From: an uncultured Gemmatimonadales bacterium
GTDB taxonomy: Bacteria; Gemmatimonadota; Gemmatimonadetes; Gemmatimonadales; Gemmatimonadaceae
Assembly: GCA_963707505.1 (NCBI GenBank)
Contig: CAVPQB010000003.1
Location: 672,001-736,000, forward strand
Reading direction: 5' to 3'
Length of the DNA stretch: 64,000 nt
The position numbers and the translations under genes were made by a program. Within the stretch, counting starts at the first letter, position 1; every line of letters begins with the position of its first letter. Under the pieces are notes generated by a model. The model worked only from the letters and a program-made list of their open reading frames with translations. It was not told the origin of the DNA and did not search any database. Of the stretch, positions 41,759 to 51,322 are shown one piece after another.

Positions 41759-43597
41759 CTACTTTCTGCCGGCGGTCTTCTTTCTGGCCGACTTCGCCGC
41801 TGCCTTTGCGACCGGCTTGGCGACTGGCTTGGCGGGAGCAGCGGCCTTCGGCGGGCGGGCGGCGACCTTCTTGACCGCAGCCTTGCGTCCACGCGCTGGC
41901 TTTGCAGGTACCGCCGGCGGCGCAATCGCAACTGCTTCTGCTGCGGATGCTACAGCGGCGGGCGCCGGCACAGATGATACAGCTGGCGTGTCATAATCCA
42001 CCACGCCGACGGACAGAAGGTCCATTGGAACTGCTGGTGTCTTTGGACCGGGGTGGCGGCCCCGTCCGCCGACGCCGCGCGGACCCATCCCACGTGGAGC
42101 GGGAGTCGCGTTCGCGGGAGCCTTGGGCGCGTTGGCAATCGCAGCTGCGCCGAGCTGATCCACGATTGGAGCAGCAACAACGGCTGGCCGCACTTCGTAG
42201 TCATCGCCGCGACGTCGCAGATCGATAATATCGGAGTCGTGCGCGTCCTTGAGGATCCGCGTGAAGTTGCGCTCGCTCAGGCTCTCGCTGTCTCTGCCGA
42301 GCAGCTCGTGCGCAACTCGGCGAACGTCGCTGGCGCGTGTGTTACCGCCATGCGTCGCGATGTATTCTACGGCGCGGCGCATCAGATCGAATGCTTCGTC
42401 GCGGGTGAGCCGTGTGCCGGATGCACCGATTCCGTCGCCGCTCAGCGCAGCTGGTGGCTGCGTAGCGACTGGCTGCGTGTCAACTGGCTCTGCAACCGCC
42501 TCAGGCGCGCGCGGTGTTGCGGCGGCGGCGGGGGCGACGTGCGCGGCGAACGACAACTCGGACTGCGCGGGCGCTGCCGGTGCTTCGACTACCGCGTGTT
42601 CTGCTGTCGCGGTGGTCTCGGGATGCTCGCCGCGCGGACGACGCTCTTCACGATCGCGGCCACGTCCGCCGCGACCGCGACGGCTGCGCGGCTCACGCGC
42701 GGGCGCTGCGGCACCGGCTGCTGTTGCAGGCGCGGCGGCAGTCGAGCCTTCGGCCGGCGCTTCGGTGGCGGCTCCAGCTTTCGGGAGATCGACTTCGAGC
42801 TGCCCGTTGTCCATCTTGTGCGAGGCGAGAATCCCGCGGTGCGCAGCTTCCTGCACGAAGCGAGTGAACTTGGACATGCCGAGGTTCTTCTCGTCGAACG
42901 AGCTGTCGATCTGCTGCATCACCTGCTTGAGGCGATCGGCGCGCATCACGTCGCCGTTGCGCTTCATTCGCTGTACCGCTTCGCCAGCCAGCTGGCACGG
43001 ATCCCACTTGGCGACTTCTTCCTCGCGTGTGTTCACCAGACCGGCGAGCGCGTTGTAGCTGTAGTACTCGTCGCAATTCTGAACCAGCAGATCGCTGGAC
43101 GATTCACGAATGCCGACGCCGATGACGTACTTGCCGTATTCCTTGAGCTTGATGACGAGACTCGAGAAGTCGCTGTCACCGCTGAGAAGAATGAACGTGC
43201 CGATCTCGGGTCGCGTGAACACGAGCTCGAGGGCGTCGATCGCGAGTCTGATGTCGGTGGCGTTCTTCTTGGATGAGCCGTAGGCCGGCGCGAAGATCAG
43301 ATCGATCGAGGATTCCGACAGCGGGACGATGTACTGCGGGTATCGTCGCCAGTCGGCGTAGGCGCGCTGGACCGATACCTTTCCCTTTACGATGTCCGAT
43401 GAGAGGAGGCTGCGGAGCTCGGCGTTCAGATCCGAGCGAATTCCCATCGTGACGTTGTCGAAATCGATGAGAAGAGCGGCGTTTGGAGCGTGGAAGGCGC
43501 CTCCGGAAGCGGAGAGCGTTGCGGCCTGCGGGCCGCGATGCACCGGCGCTACCGGGCCGCGAGCTGCGACCGGGGGCCGGATGTGACGAGGTGGCAT
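41759..43597 (-). CDS. NYN (PIN-like) nuclease domain + LOTUS/OST-HTH protein with low-complexity linkers
   Basis: IDFDN, KNATDIRLAID, SGDSDF, SFDEKNLGMSKFTRFV. Confidence 0.85.
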   Translation of the reverse strand: MPPRHIRPPVAARGPVAPVHRGPQAATLSASGGAFHAPNAALLIDFDNVTMGIRSDLNAELRSLLSSDIVKGKVSVQRAYADWRRYPQYIVPLSESSIDLIFAPAYGSSKKNATDIRLAIDALELVFTRPEIGTFILLSGDSDFSSLVIKLKEYGKYVIGVGIRESSSDLLVQNCDEYYSYNALAGLVNTREEEVAKWDPCQLAGEAVQRMKRNGDVMRADRLKQVMQQIDSSFDEKNLGMSKFTRFVQEAAHRGILASHKMDNGQLEVDLPKAGAATEAPAEGSTAAAPATAAGAAAPAREPRSRRGRGGRGRDREERRPRGEHPETTATAEHAVVEAPAAPAQSELSFAAHVAPAAAATPRAPEAVAEPVDTQPVATQPPAALSGDGIGASGTRLTRDEAFDLMRRAVEYIATHGGNTRASDVRRVAHELLGRDSESLSERNFTRILKDAHDSDIIDLRRRGDDYEVRPAVVAAPIVDQLGAAAIANAPKAPANATPAPRGMGPRGVGGRGRHPGPKTPAVPMDLLSVGVVDYDTPAVSSVPAPAAVASAAEAVAIAPPAVPAKPARGRKAAVKKVAARPPKAAAPAKPVAKPVAKAAAKSARKKTAGRK

Positions 43598-43706
43598 ACG
43601 TTCGGTTTTGAGTTTTCACTGCGCGCGACTTCAGGTGCCGGTGCCGGGGCTTTAGCCGTGGCAGCGGATCCTCGAAGTCGCGCAATCCCCTGTAATTTAC
43701 AAGGTC

Positions 43707-44930
43707 ATGCCCCCGAAGCAACTGCACTACCGTACGCGACTATTTCTGATCCTGTCACTTTTCGCGCTGGTGCCGGCGGCTTTGCTGACCGTTTTGTGGG
43801 GCGTCACGCTCGGCAGCGCGCTCCCAATCGTGACCGGCCGCGCAGGCTGGGACAGCGTGGCAGCAACGGGCCGCCGCGCGATCGCGGCGGCCGAAACGGC
43901 CCCGCTCAACCGAAAACAGCGAGCTGCATTCAGCGAGCATGAACGTGAATTGGGTGCCTCGTTGGAGCAGGCTGAGCGCTTCAATTACCTGGTTCGGCGC
44001 GGTGCGGAGGTCGTGGTGGTATCATCGATCATCGTTCTTGCGGCGATCGGATTCGGCGCTTCGCGCGTTGCGGGACATCTCAGCAGACAGTTGAGCAGGC
44101 CGATCGACGAGCTGGTCGACTGGACCGAGCTCATAAGGCGTGGCGAGCAGTTGCCGTCAGCGCCGCGAAGGCGTGGCGCCCCTGAATTCGAGATACTTCG
44201 CCAGAGACTCAAGATGGCCGCCGTGGCGCTCGATCTTGGCCGTCAACGCGCCGTCGAGGCGGAGCGTCTCCGCGCATTTCGCGAGAGCGCGCGCCAGGTT
44301 GCGCACGAGCTCAAGAATCCCCTGACGCCCATTCGCTTCGCGATCGATCGTCTGCGTCGCGGTGCACCGCCCGAGCTCGCCGAAACGGTGGAAGTTCTCG
44401 CGATCGAAACGGAGCGGCTCGAGCGCACCGCGCGCAGCTTCGCGCAGTTCGGACGCCTGCCGGAAGGCCCACCATCGCAGATCGACATCGGCGAGCTTGT
44501 GCGATACGCGGCGACCGTGACGGTTCCACCCACCATGACGCTGGACCTGACGGTCGCGGAGGGACTTCCAATGATACTGGGGTATCACGACGCGCTCGCC
44601 GGCGCGGTATCCAACGTGCTGCTCAATGCAGTCGATGCGTGCGAGGGCAAGGGCAAGCTGACGGTTCGGGTGTCCGAATCGTCTCTGCAGGGCAAGCAAG
44701 CAGTCAATATTCAGATAGAGGACAACGGCCCCGGAATCGGCGCTCAGCAATTGAAACGCATCTGGGAGCCGTACGTGACTAATAAGGCAGGCGGTACCGG
44801 ACTCGGACTCGCGATCGCGCGTCAGGCCGTGTGGGCACACGACGGATCGGTGTCCGCGCACAGCGACGTTGGAACGGGCACCAGGATCGAGTTCACCCTT
44901 CCGATTGATGCCTTGATGGCGGAGACTTGA
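43707..44930 (+). CDS. NtrY-like HAMP sensor histidine kinase
   Basis: Two TMs, HAMP, ARQVAHELKNPLTPI, NVLLNA, DNGPG, GTGLGL. Confidence 0.9.
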   Translation: MPPKQLHYRTRLFLILSLFALVPAALLTVLWGVTLGSALPIVTGRAGWDSVAATGRRAIAAAETAPLNRKQRAAFSEHERELGASLEQAERFNYLVRRGAEVVVVSSIIVLAAIGFGASRVAGHLSRQLSRPIDELVDWTELIRRGEQLPSAPRRRGAPEFEILRQRLKMAAVALDLGRQRAVEAERLRAFRESARQVAHELKNPLTPIRFAIDRLRRGAPPELAETVEVLAIETERLERTARSFAQFGRLPEGPPSQIDIGELVRYAATVTVPPTMTLDLTVAEGLPMILGYHDALAGAVSNVLLNAVDACEGKGKLTVRVSESSLQGKQAVNIQIEDNGPGIGAQQLKRIWEPYVTNKAGGTGLGLAIARQAVWAHDGSVSAHSDVGTGTRIEFTLPIDALMAET

Positions 44931-45226
44931 TGATGGACAAGGATGTCTTTGGAGCACTCATCGGTGGCATATGCTTCGTGTCGGTGACAACGGTTCTGCC
45001 ATTGTGCGTCATGTACCTGCGTCGCGGTAATCGGACAAAGGAACAACAGTCGCAATTACCGGTCGCTGATATCGTGGCGCGCCTGGAGAGAATCGAGACG
45101 GGAATGGAATCAATGTCCGCTGAGATCGAGCGCATAGGTGAGGGACAGCGCTTCACCACCAGACTGTTGAACGAGCGCGATCCGCGCATGCTCGAGAACG
45201 TGGACGCCGCAACACGGAGAGTTTGA
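44927..45226 (+). CDS. Small single-TM coiled-coil protein (paralog 1)
   Basis: TM then RLERIETGMESMSAEIERIGEGQRFTTRLL; GGAG RBS. Confidence 0.75.
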   Translation: MMMDKDVFGALIGGICFVSVTTVLPLCVMYLRRGNRTKEQQSQLPVADIVARLERIETGMESMSAEIERIGEGQRFTTRLLNERDPRMLENVDAATRRV

Positions 45227-45227
45227 C

Positions 45228-45584
45228 ATGGGTCCAGACGTAGTAGTACCGGTCAGCGGAATGCTGATGATACTCGGCATCGTGCTGGGAATACCACTCG
45301 TGCGGAGCTACACGAGACGTGTAGAATCGCGACCGGCGCGCGATGCGCTTCCGACGGGCGAGCTCTTCACGCGCCTCGACAGAATCGAGCAGTCCATCGA
45401 AGCGATGGCAACGGAGGTCGAGCGCATTGCTGAAGGGCAGCGGTTCACGACCAAGCTGCTTTCCGAAGTCCGTACGAGTCCACCGCCCGCGCTGGCCGCG
45501 GCGGTATCCAGTGCGCCCGCGCCTGCCGCTCCGCCGATGCAGCCGGACGGAACCGTCCTGTCCGAAGCTGCGCGACGGTCCTGA
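45228..45584 (+). CDS. Small single-TM coiled-coil protein (paralog 2)
   Basis: TM then RLDRIEQSIEAMATEVERIAEGQRFTTKLL; GGAG RBS. Confidence 0.75.
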   Translation: MGPDVVVPVSGMLMILGIVLGIPLVRSYTRRVESRPARDALPTGELFTRLDRIEQSIEAMATEVERIAEGQRFTTKLLSEVRTSPPPALAAAVSSAPAPAAPPMQPDGTVLSEAARRS

Positions 45585-45590
45585 CACAGC

Positions 45591-48314
45591 GTGCAGCGCG
45601 TACTGATCGTTGACGACGAGCCGAACATTCGCCGGATGGTCGGGGCGCTCCTCGCCGCTGAAGGATATGAGGTGCGCGAAGCCGCCGATGGTGCCGCCGG
45701 AGTAAGAGCGGTTGAAGAGGAGGAACCGGACGTCGCGTTGATAGATCTCATGATGCCCGGTGGCATGGACGGCATCGCCACCCTTGCGAAGATTCGCGAG
45801 CGCTGGTCCGATCTTCCGGTGATCATGATGAGCGGCCGCGCATCGCTCAGTGACGCAGTGCGCGCAACCAAAGTCGGCGCGGTGAACTTCCTGGAGAAAC
45901 CACTCGCTCCCGAGACGGTTCTTCTTGCGCTCGGCTCCGCGCTCGAGCTGAGACAGGCGCGCCGCGCGGCACGCGTGCTGCGCGCCGAGCTTGGCCGCAC
46001 CGGCGAGATGGTCGGATCGAGCAGCACGATGGTCCGTGTTCGCGAACTCACGGCGCGCGTCGCACTGAGCGATGCGCGCGTCCTGATCAGCGGTGAGTCT
46101 GGAACCGGAAAGGAACTCGTCGCAGCCGCGATCCACGAGCATGGCCCACGCCGCGATCGTCCGTTCGTGCGTGTGAACTGCGCCGCGATTCCGCGCGATC
46201 TCGTGGAGAGTGAGATGTTCGGCCACGAGAAGGGATCGTTCACGGGCGCCGCCGAGCGTCGCATCGGCAAGTTCGAGCTGGCCGACACGGGAACCCTGTT
46301 TCTCGACGAGATCGGTGATCTCAGCATGGAAGCGCAGGCCAAGCTTCTGCGCGCTATCGAGGCGAAGGAGATTCAACGCGTTGGCGGAAACAAGACCATC
46401 AAGGTCGATGTGCGCATCATCGCAGCCACCAACCACGATCTTGCAAAGGCAGTGGGCGACGGTGAGTTTCGCGAGGATCTCTACTTTCGGCTGAACGTCA
46501 TTCCGATCCACCTGCCGCCGCTGCGCGAGCGAGGAAACGATGTGGTCGAGCTGATTCACCATTTTTCCGAAATCCAGCATCAGCGCACGGGCCGCCCCAC
46601 GCTCACATGGTCTGGCGACGCCGAGGCGCGCATGCGATCGTATGCGTGGCCCGGCAATGTACGCGAGCTGGCGAACATTGTGGAACGGCTCGCGATTCTC
46701 AGCAATGACGCCCACATTACGAACGGAGACATCGCCGCGGTACTCCCACCCCCGCGTGACACGAACGCCGCGAACGCCGCCATCTCGGATGATCGCGGCC
46801 TCACGGATACGCTGGACGACATGGAGCGGCGGATGATCGCCGACGCGCTGGCGTGGGCGTCCGGAAACGTTGCGGAGGCAGCGCGCCGGTTGCAAACCGA
46901 TCGCGCAAACCTGTATCGTCGCATGAAGCGGCTTGGCATGGCTGCGACCGTGCTGGCGATCTGTTCGTTGTCGCTACTGGCCGCGCTATCAGCTTCGCCC
47001 CGAACGCTCGCCGCTCAGACCATTCCGACGAAGAGAGATACGACGATTAGCGATACCACGACCGTCTACGACTATCGCAACACGGACGATCGCCCATACG
47101 TGCATCTCGAGCCAAGTCTGTCGTCGGGTAAAACGTACAATCGGGTCGAAGGACTGTCGGTTTTATTCGGACCCGCTCTCACGATCGAAACGCCAAAGTT
47201 CGCGCTGGACGGAACGGCGTACCTCATCGCGCGTACCGCGCGCGGTTTCAGCACTGCCGAGCCGGACGGCGGACACGACCTTCGGATCAGAACGCGCTTT
47301 GGTCCGGATAAATCGATTGGGCTCGAGGGACGTCTGTACAGCGTTATCTCGCCGATCGAAGCCTGGCAGCTGACCGAGCCGGAAGAGGGCCTGGCATCGT
47401 TTCTTCTTCGCCGCGATTACCGTGATTACTACGGCCGACATGGCGGACAGATCAGTGCTTCGTGGACATTCAGTCGAAAGGCAGCGTTCTCCGCCGGCTA
47501 CGCGTTGGAACGCTGGACCACCGCCGACGAGGAGAATCCATTCACCCTGTTTCGTCCCAATGCACGGTGGCGGCAAAATCCGGCGGTCGACGAGGGTGCC
47601 TTTCATCTTCTGACCTTCAGCGGCACGTTCGATACACGCAACGACGAGCGGGAACCAAGCGGTGGATGGTATCTCACCGGTACGTTCGAGCACGGCTCGA
47701 GCCCATCGGCGATACTCGTGCCGCGAGCTCAGAATCCGGTTCCTTCCGGAATTTCGTCGCCGCCGCAACCGATCTCATACGGTCGGGTGTTCTTCGATCT
47801 GCGGCGTTACAACCGAGTCTCTCCGCGCACACAGCTGGACGGCAGGATCGTTGCTGGCGGCTGGGTTAGCGGCGACGAGCTACCACTGGAGCGAAAGCTT
47901 TCCGTGACAGGTCCAGGAGTACTGCCCGGATACGAATTCCGCGAGACGCAGGATGGACCCGACGTGATGCAGTGCGCGGCTCGTGGCGTAGTTCCATCGG
48001 ACAATCCCGTCATGTGCGATCGCATCGTACTCGGTCAGCTCGAGCTGCGGACACAACTTGCCTCACACCCGTTCGACATCTTCAACACACCCGCACTGCG
48101 TCTGCGCAGTGTCGGATTTACCGCAAGCCCCGTCGGTGTGTTCTTCGTCGATGTCGGCCGCGGCTGGCGCACCACGACGCCATGGCCATCCAGTTACAAG
48201 GCTGACGTCGGTGCGGGACTCGATCTCGGGCTCATCGGAGCGTATGTCGCGAAGGCGGTGACGGACGGGGGCGAACCGCTACGCTTCTTCGTACGCATAC
48301 GACGCAGATTCTGA
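45591..48314 (+). CDS. NtrX-like sigma54 response regulator fused in frame to a signal-peptide-like segment and an outer-membrane beta-barrel
   Basis: REC (VDDE, IDLMMP, EKP), AAA+ (GESGTGKE, GSFTGA, LDEIG), Fis-HTH; then hydrophobic stretch, YNRVEGL, amphipathic strands, terminal Phe. Confidence 0.85.
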   Translation: MQRVLIVDDEPNIRRMVGALLAAEGYEVREAADGAAGVRAVEEEEPDVALIDLMMPGGMDGIATLAKIRERWSDLPVIMMSGRASLSDAVRATKVGAVNFLEKPLAPETVLLALGSALELRQARRAARVLRAELGRTGEMVGSSSTMVRVRELTARVALSDARVLISGESGTGKELVAAAIHEHGPRRDRPFVRVNCAAIPRDLVESEMFGHEKGSFTGAAERRIGKFELADTGTLFLDEIGDLSMEAQAKLLRAIEAKEIQRVGGNKTIKVDVRIIAATNHDLAKAVGDGEFREDLYFRLNVIPIHLPPLRERGNDVVELIHHFSEIQHQRTGRPTLTWSGDAEARMRSYAWPGNVRELANIVERLAILSNDAHITNGDIAAVLPPPRDTNAANAAISDDRGLTDTLDDMERRMIADALAWASGNVAEAARRLQTDRANLYRRMKRLGMAATVLAICSLSLLAALSASPRTLAAQTIPTKRDTTISDTTTVYDYRNTDDRPYVHLEPSLSSGKTYNRVEGLSVLFGPALTIETPKFALDGTAYLIARTARGFSTAEPDGGHDLRIRTRFGPDKSIGLEGRLYSVISPIEAWQLTEPEEGLASFLLRRDYRDYYGRHGGQISASWTFSRKAAFSAGYALERWTTADEENPFTLFRPNARWRQNPAVDEGAFHLLTFSGTFDTRNDEREPSGGWYLTGTFEHGSSPSAILVPRAQNPVPSGISSPPQPISYGRVFFDLRRYNRVSPRTQLDGRIVAGGWVSGDELPLERKLSVTGPGVLPGYEFRETQDGPDVMQCAARGVVPSDNPVMCDRIVLGQLELRTQLASHPFDIFNTPALRLRSVGFTASPVGVFFVDVGRGWRTTTPWPSSYKADVGAGLDLGLIGAYVAKAVTDGGEPLRFFVRIRRRF

Positions 48315-48316
48315 CC

Positions 48317-48955
48317 GTGCGCTGGCTCGCGATCACCGTGCTTGCGACGTGCGTCTTCGCCGGCGTTGGCGCGGCACAATCGGCGCGCGTCGACATCGTT
48401 CTCCCGGCGCGGTCCGATCTCTCGACAGAACCGCCTGAGGTGCGAACGATCGGCGTTCTCGCGGCTGGCAGAACTGCGGAGCTGATACGGAACGGCTTTC
48501 CAGCGCGCCTGCATTACAAGCTCGAGCGCTGGGCGGCCGGCACATTCGTGAATGACGTGAAGGCAACTGCAGAGTGGGAGATGATCGCGCAATATGATCC
48601 GCTCGCCAAAACGTACAAGCTGATTCGCGCGACAACGAAAAATGCGGTAGTGGTGGGCGAATACGCAGAGCTGAGCGACGCGGATGCAAAGCTGGCCGAG
48701 GCGTTCCCTGCCCCGATCTCACCGCCGCGATCGGGCGAGAAGAGTTACTACGCGCTGACGTTGAACGTCGAGGCGATGTCATTGGGCGACCTCGACGAAG
48801 TGCAGCGGTGGCTGCGCGGTGAGCTGAGGCCAGCAGTACGTGGACACCGTAACCCCGGCACCGCGGTAAGCTCCGGCGTGAGAACGCTCGTCGTGCGAAT
48901 CCTGGGTGGCGAGCGCATCATATATCAGGCGAGCACGGGCGTGTTCAAGCCCTAG
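48317..48955 (+). CDS. Secreted DUF4390-like protein
   Basis: Signal peptide, ELIRNGFPARLHY.LERW, YDPL..TY; family call is an inference. Confidence 0.55.
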   Translation: MRWLAITVLATCVFAGVGAAQSARVDIVLPARSDLSTEPPEVRTIGVLAAGRTAELIRNGFPARLHYKLERWAAGTFVNDVKATAEWEMIAQYDPLAKTYKLIRATTKNAVVVGEYAELSDADAKLAEAFPAPISPPRSGEKSYYALTLNVEAMSLGDLDEVQRWLRGELRPAVRGHRNPGTAVSSGVRTLVVRILGGERIIYQASTGVFKP

Positions 48956-50231
48956 TGTCGCCGTCCGGAACAGCAAGCGCAACGATGATGTCCATGACGT
49001 TCGTGCCGGTCGGCCCCGTTCGCACGAGCGCACCGATGGATTTCCAGAAGGTGTGAGTGTCGTTTGCCGCGAGCGCGGCGCGTGCATCCAGGCCGTGTCC
49101 GCGCGCCTTGCTGATCGAATCGCCGTCGGCGACGGCGCCGGCAGCATCCGTCGGCCCGTCGATCCCATCGGTTCCCAGTGACACTACGGCAATCCCGGGA
49201 ACCCCATCCATCGCGATTGCAGCGCCCAGTACGAGCTCCTGATTACGCCCACCAACCCCGTTGCCATGGACGGCAACTGTCGTCTCGCCGGCATAGACCA
49301 AGGCAACCTTTTCGCCGACACGCGCACACTCATCTCGCGCGGTCTTCACTATCTCCATACCCACGACACTCGCCTCGCCAGTGAGTGATGTCGTGACAAT
49401 CCGCGCGGCATAGCCGAGTGCCTGCGCCTGTGAACGTGCAGCCTCCGCTGCCGTAACGTTACTGCCGATCACGTAACTCTCCGCATGCCGGAGATGCGGA
49501 TCCTCCGGCTTGGGCGACTCGTCGATTCCGCTCTCCAGATGGGAACGTACGGATGCGGGTACCCTATCCCACACACCACGCGATCGAAGCACAGCGATTG
49601 CGTCGGCGACAGTCGTAGGGTCCGCGACAGTCGGACCCGACGCGATGGTAGCGAGCGAGTCGCCGACGACATCCGACAACACGAACGCAACGACGCGTGC
49701 CGGAAACGCAATTGCAGCAAGACGACCGCCTTTTAGCTGGTCGACGTGCTTTCGGACGCAGTTCAGCTCCTCGATAGTCGCCCCTGCGCGAAGCAGCAAT
49801 GTCGTGGCGCTCGCGATATCGTCGACGGACAGCCCCGAAGCCGGAAGTGTCGTCAATGCAGAGGCCCCCCCGGAGATGAGGCACAGGAGAGTTTCGTTCG
49901 GTCTCAGCGACTCGGCGACCCCGAGAATCGCTCGCGCGCCTTGAGCGCCGCGCCCGTTCGGTATCGGATGACCACCAACGAAGCAGGCGATGGCGGTGGC
50001 GTCGATCGTTACTGGATCTGGTGAGATGACTATACCGCGGCGAACAGACTGGCCGAGCACGCCTGAAGCCGCTGAAGCCATCGCTCCAGCGGCCTTTCCA
50101 ACGGAGACGAGCGATACATCGCCATCAACGCGGTGTTGAGCCAGCGCGCGTCGTACGAGATCCCCCGGGTCGACTGCAGCGATCCCTGCGAGAGCGCAGG
50201 TAACCGCGTCCCTGCGAATCGCCTCGCTCAT
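48945..50231 (-). CDS. Glycerate 2-kinase (DUF4147/MOFRL family)
   Basis: GKAA, GHPIP, ISGGASAL, SDVVGD..IASGP, GGRNQE, GTDGIDG, TGTNVMD. Confidence 0.92.
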   Translation of the reverse strand: MSEAIRRDAVTCALAGIAAVDPGDLVRRALAQHRVDGDVSLVSVGKAAGAMASAASGVLGQSVRRGIVISPDPVTIDATAIACFVGGHPIPNGRGAQGARAILGVAESLRPNETLLCLISGGASALTTLPASGLSVDDIASATTLLLRAGATIEELNCVRKHVDQLKGGRLAAIAFPARVVAFVLSDVVGDSLATIASGPTVADPTTVADAIAVLRSRGVWDRVPASVRSHLESGIDESPKPEDPHLRHAESYVIGSNVTAAEAARSQAQALGYAARIVTTSLTGEASVVGMEIVKTARDECARVGEKVALVYAGETTVAVHGNGVGGRNQELVLGAAIAMDGVPGIAVVSLGTDGIDGPTDAAGAVADGDSISKARGHGLDARAALAANDTHTFWKSIGALVRTGPTGTNVMDIIVALAVPDGDTRA

Positions 50232-50238
50232 GCGTGCG

Positions 50239-51297
50239 TCAAGCGCTCGCGGCGCTTCTCCTCGCGACGTATGCGGCGGAATCGTATACGTCCGGATTCA
50301 CGACGTTCGGCGCGCGCTCGCCCTTCAGATGGGCGACGGCGTTTGCGGCCGCCATCGTCGCCATTCTGTCACGTGTGTCCTGACTTCCACTTGCAATGTG
50401 CGGGACCAGAATCGCATTCCGACACTCAGCGAGTCCAGCTACCATGAGCGGCTCGTTTTCGAAGACATCGAGCGCCGCGCCGGCGATTGTATCGTCACGC
50501 AACGCTCCGACCAACGCCGCCTCGTCCACTACCGGTCCACGAGAGACATTTATCAGATACGCAGTCTTCTTCATCATTCCCAGCTCGCGCGTGCTTATCA
50601 TGTGGCGCGTTTCAGCTGTGAGCAACGGATGCAATGACACGAAATCACTCTCGCGCAGCAACTCTTCAAGCGACGCCGAACGTACGTGTCGCGAAGGCTC
50701 GGCCGCGTCGGCCGCAATTGCGGCTGGATTGTGCGGGTCGTATGCAAGGACATCCATGTCGAATCCGATCGCGCGTCGCGCTACAGCTGCGCCGATGCGT
50801 CCGTAGCCAACAATGCCGAGCACCTTGCGCTTGCCCGTGCCACCGGGACTGACGTCGGCACCAAGGAACAGATTCGGCCCCCAGAGCTTGTAGCGGCCGG
50901 CAACCATGTATTCGTGAGCCTCGACGATGCGACGCGCGATGCCAAGTATCAAGGCCCAGGTGAGATCAGCAGTCGTATCCGTCAACACACCTGGCGTATT
51001 CGATACGGGGATTCCAAGCTCGCTCGCTGCAACGACGTCGATGTTGTTGAATCCAACCGCGTAATTCGCTACGCCAAGCAATCCTGGATTCGCGTCCAGC
51101 ACCTCGCGCGTGATCGGCTCGGTGAGCAAGGAAAGCAGCACGTCGGCAGTGCGCACGCCGGCGAGAAGCTCTGCGGTCGTTAGCCCCTTTTCCTCGTCTG
51201 ACTGACCGACGGTGACTGTGGCTCCAGCCTGCCGCAGGATCGGAATCGCAACATCCGGGATCCTGCGAGTCATGAAAACGTTTCTTTCTTTCATCAT
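50239..51297 (-). CDS. D-glycerate dehydrogenase / hydroxypyruvate-glyoxylate reductase
   Basis: AVGFNNID, NTPGVLT, GYGRIG, NVSRG, LDVFENEP, PHIAS. Confidence 0.9.
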   Translation of the reverse strand: MMKERNVFMTRRIPDVAIPILRQAGATVTVGQSDEEKGLTTAELLAGVRTADVLLSLLTEPITREVLDANPGLLGVANYAVGFNNIDVVAASELGIPVSNTPGVLTDTTADLTWALILGIARRIVEAHEYMVAGRYKLWGPNLFLGADVSPGGTGKRKVLGIVGYGRIGAAVARRAIGFDMDVLAYDPHNPAAIAADAAEPSRHVRSASLEELLRESDFVSLHPLLTAETRHMISTRELGMMKKTAYLINVSRGPVVDEAALVGALRDDTIAGAALDVFENEPLMVAGLAECRNAILVPHIASGSQDTRDRMATMAAANAVAHLKGERAPNVVNPDVYDSAAYVARRSAASA

Positions 51298-51322
51298 GCT
51301 GCGGGTTGAGTGATGGAACTGA

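Noticed and set aside
45153..46895. 580-aa antisense ORF and similar long shadow ORFs (23865..24956, 38458..39936, 42053..43276)
   Set aside because: Antisense to well-supported genes, no motifs; a common high-GC artefact.
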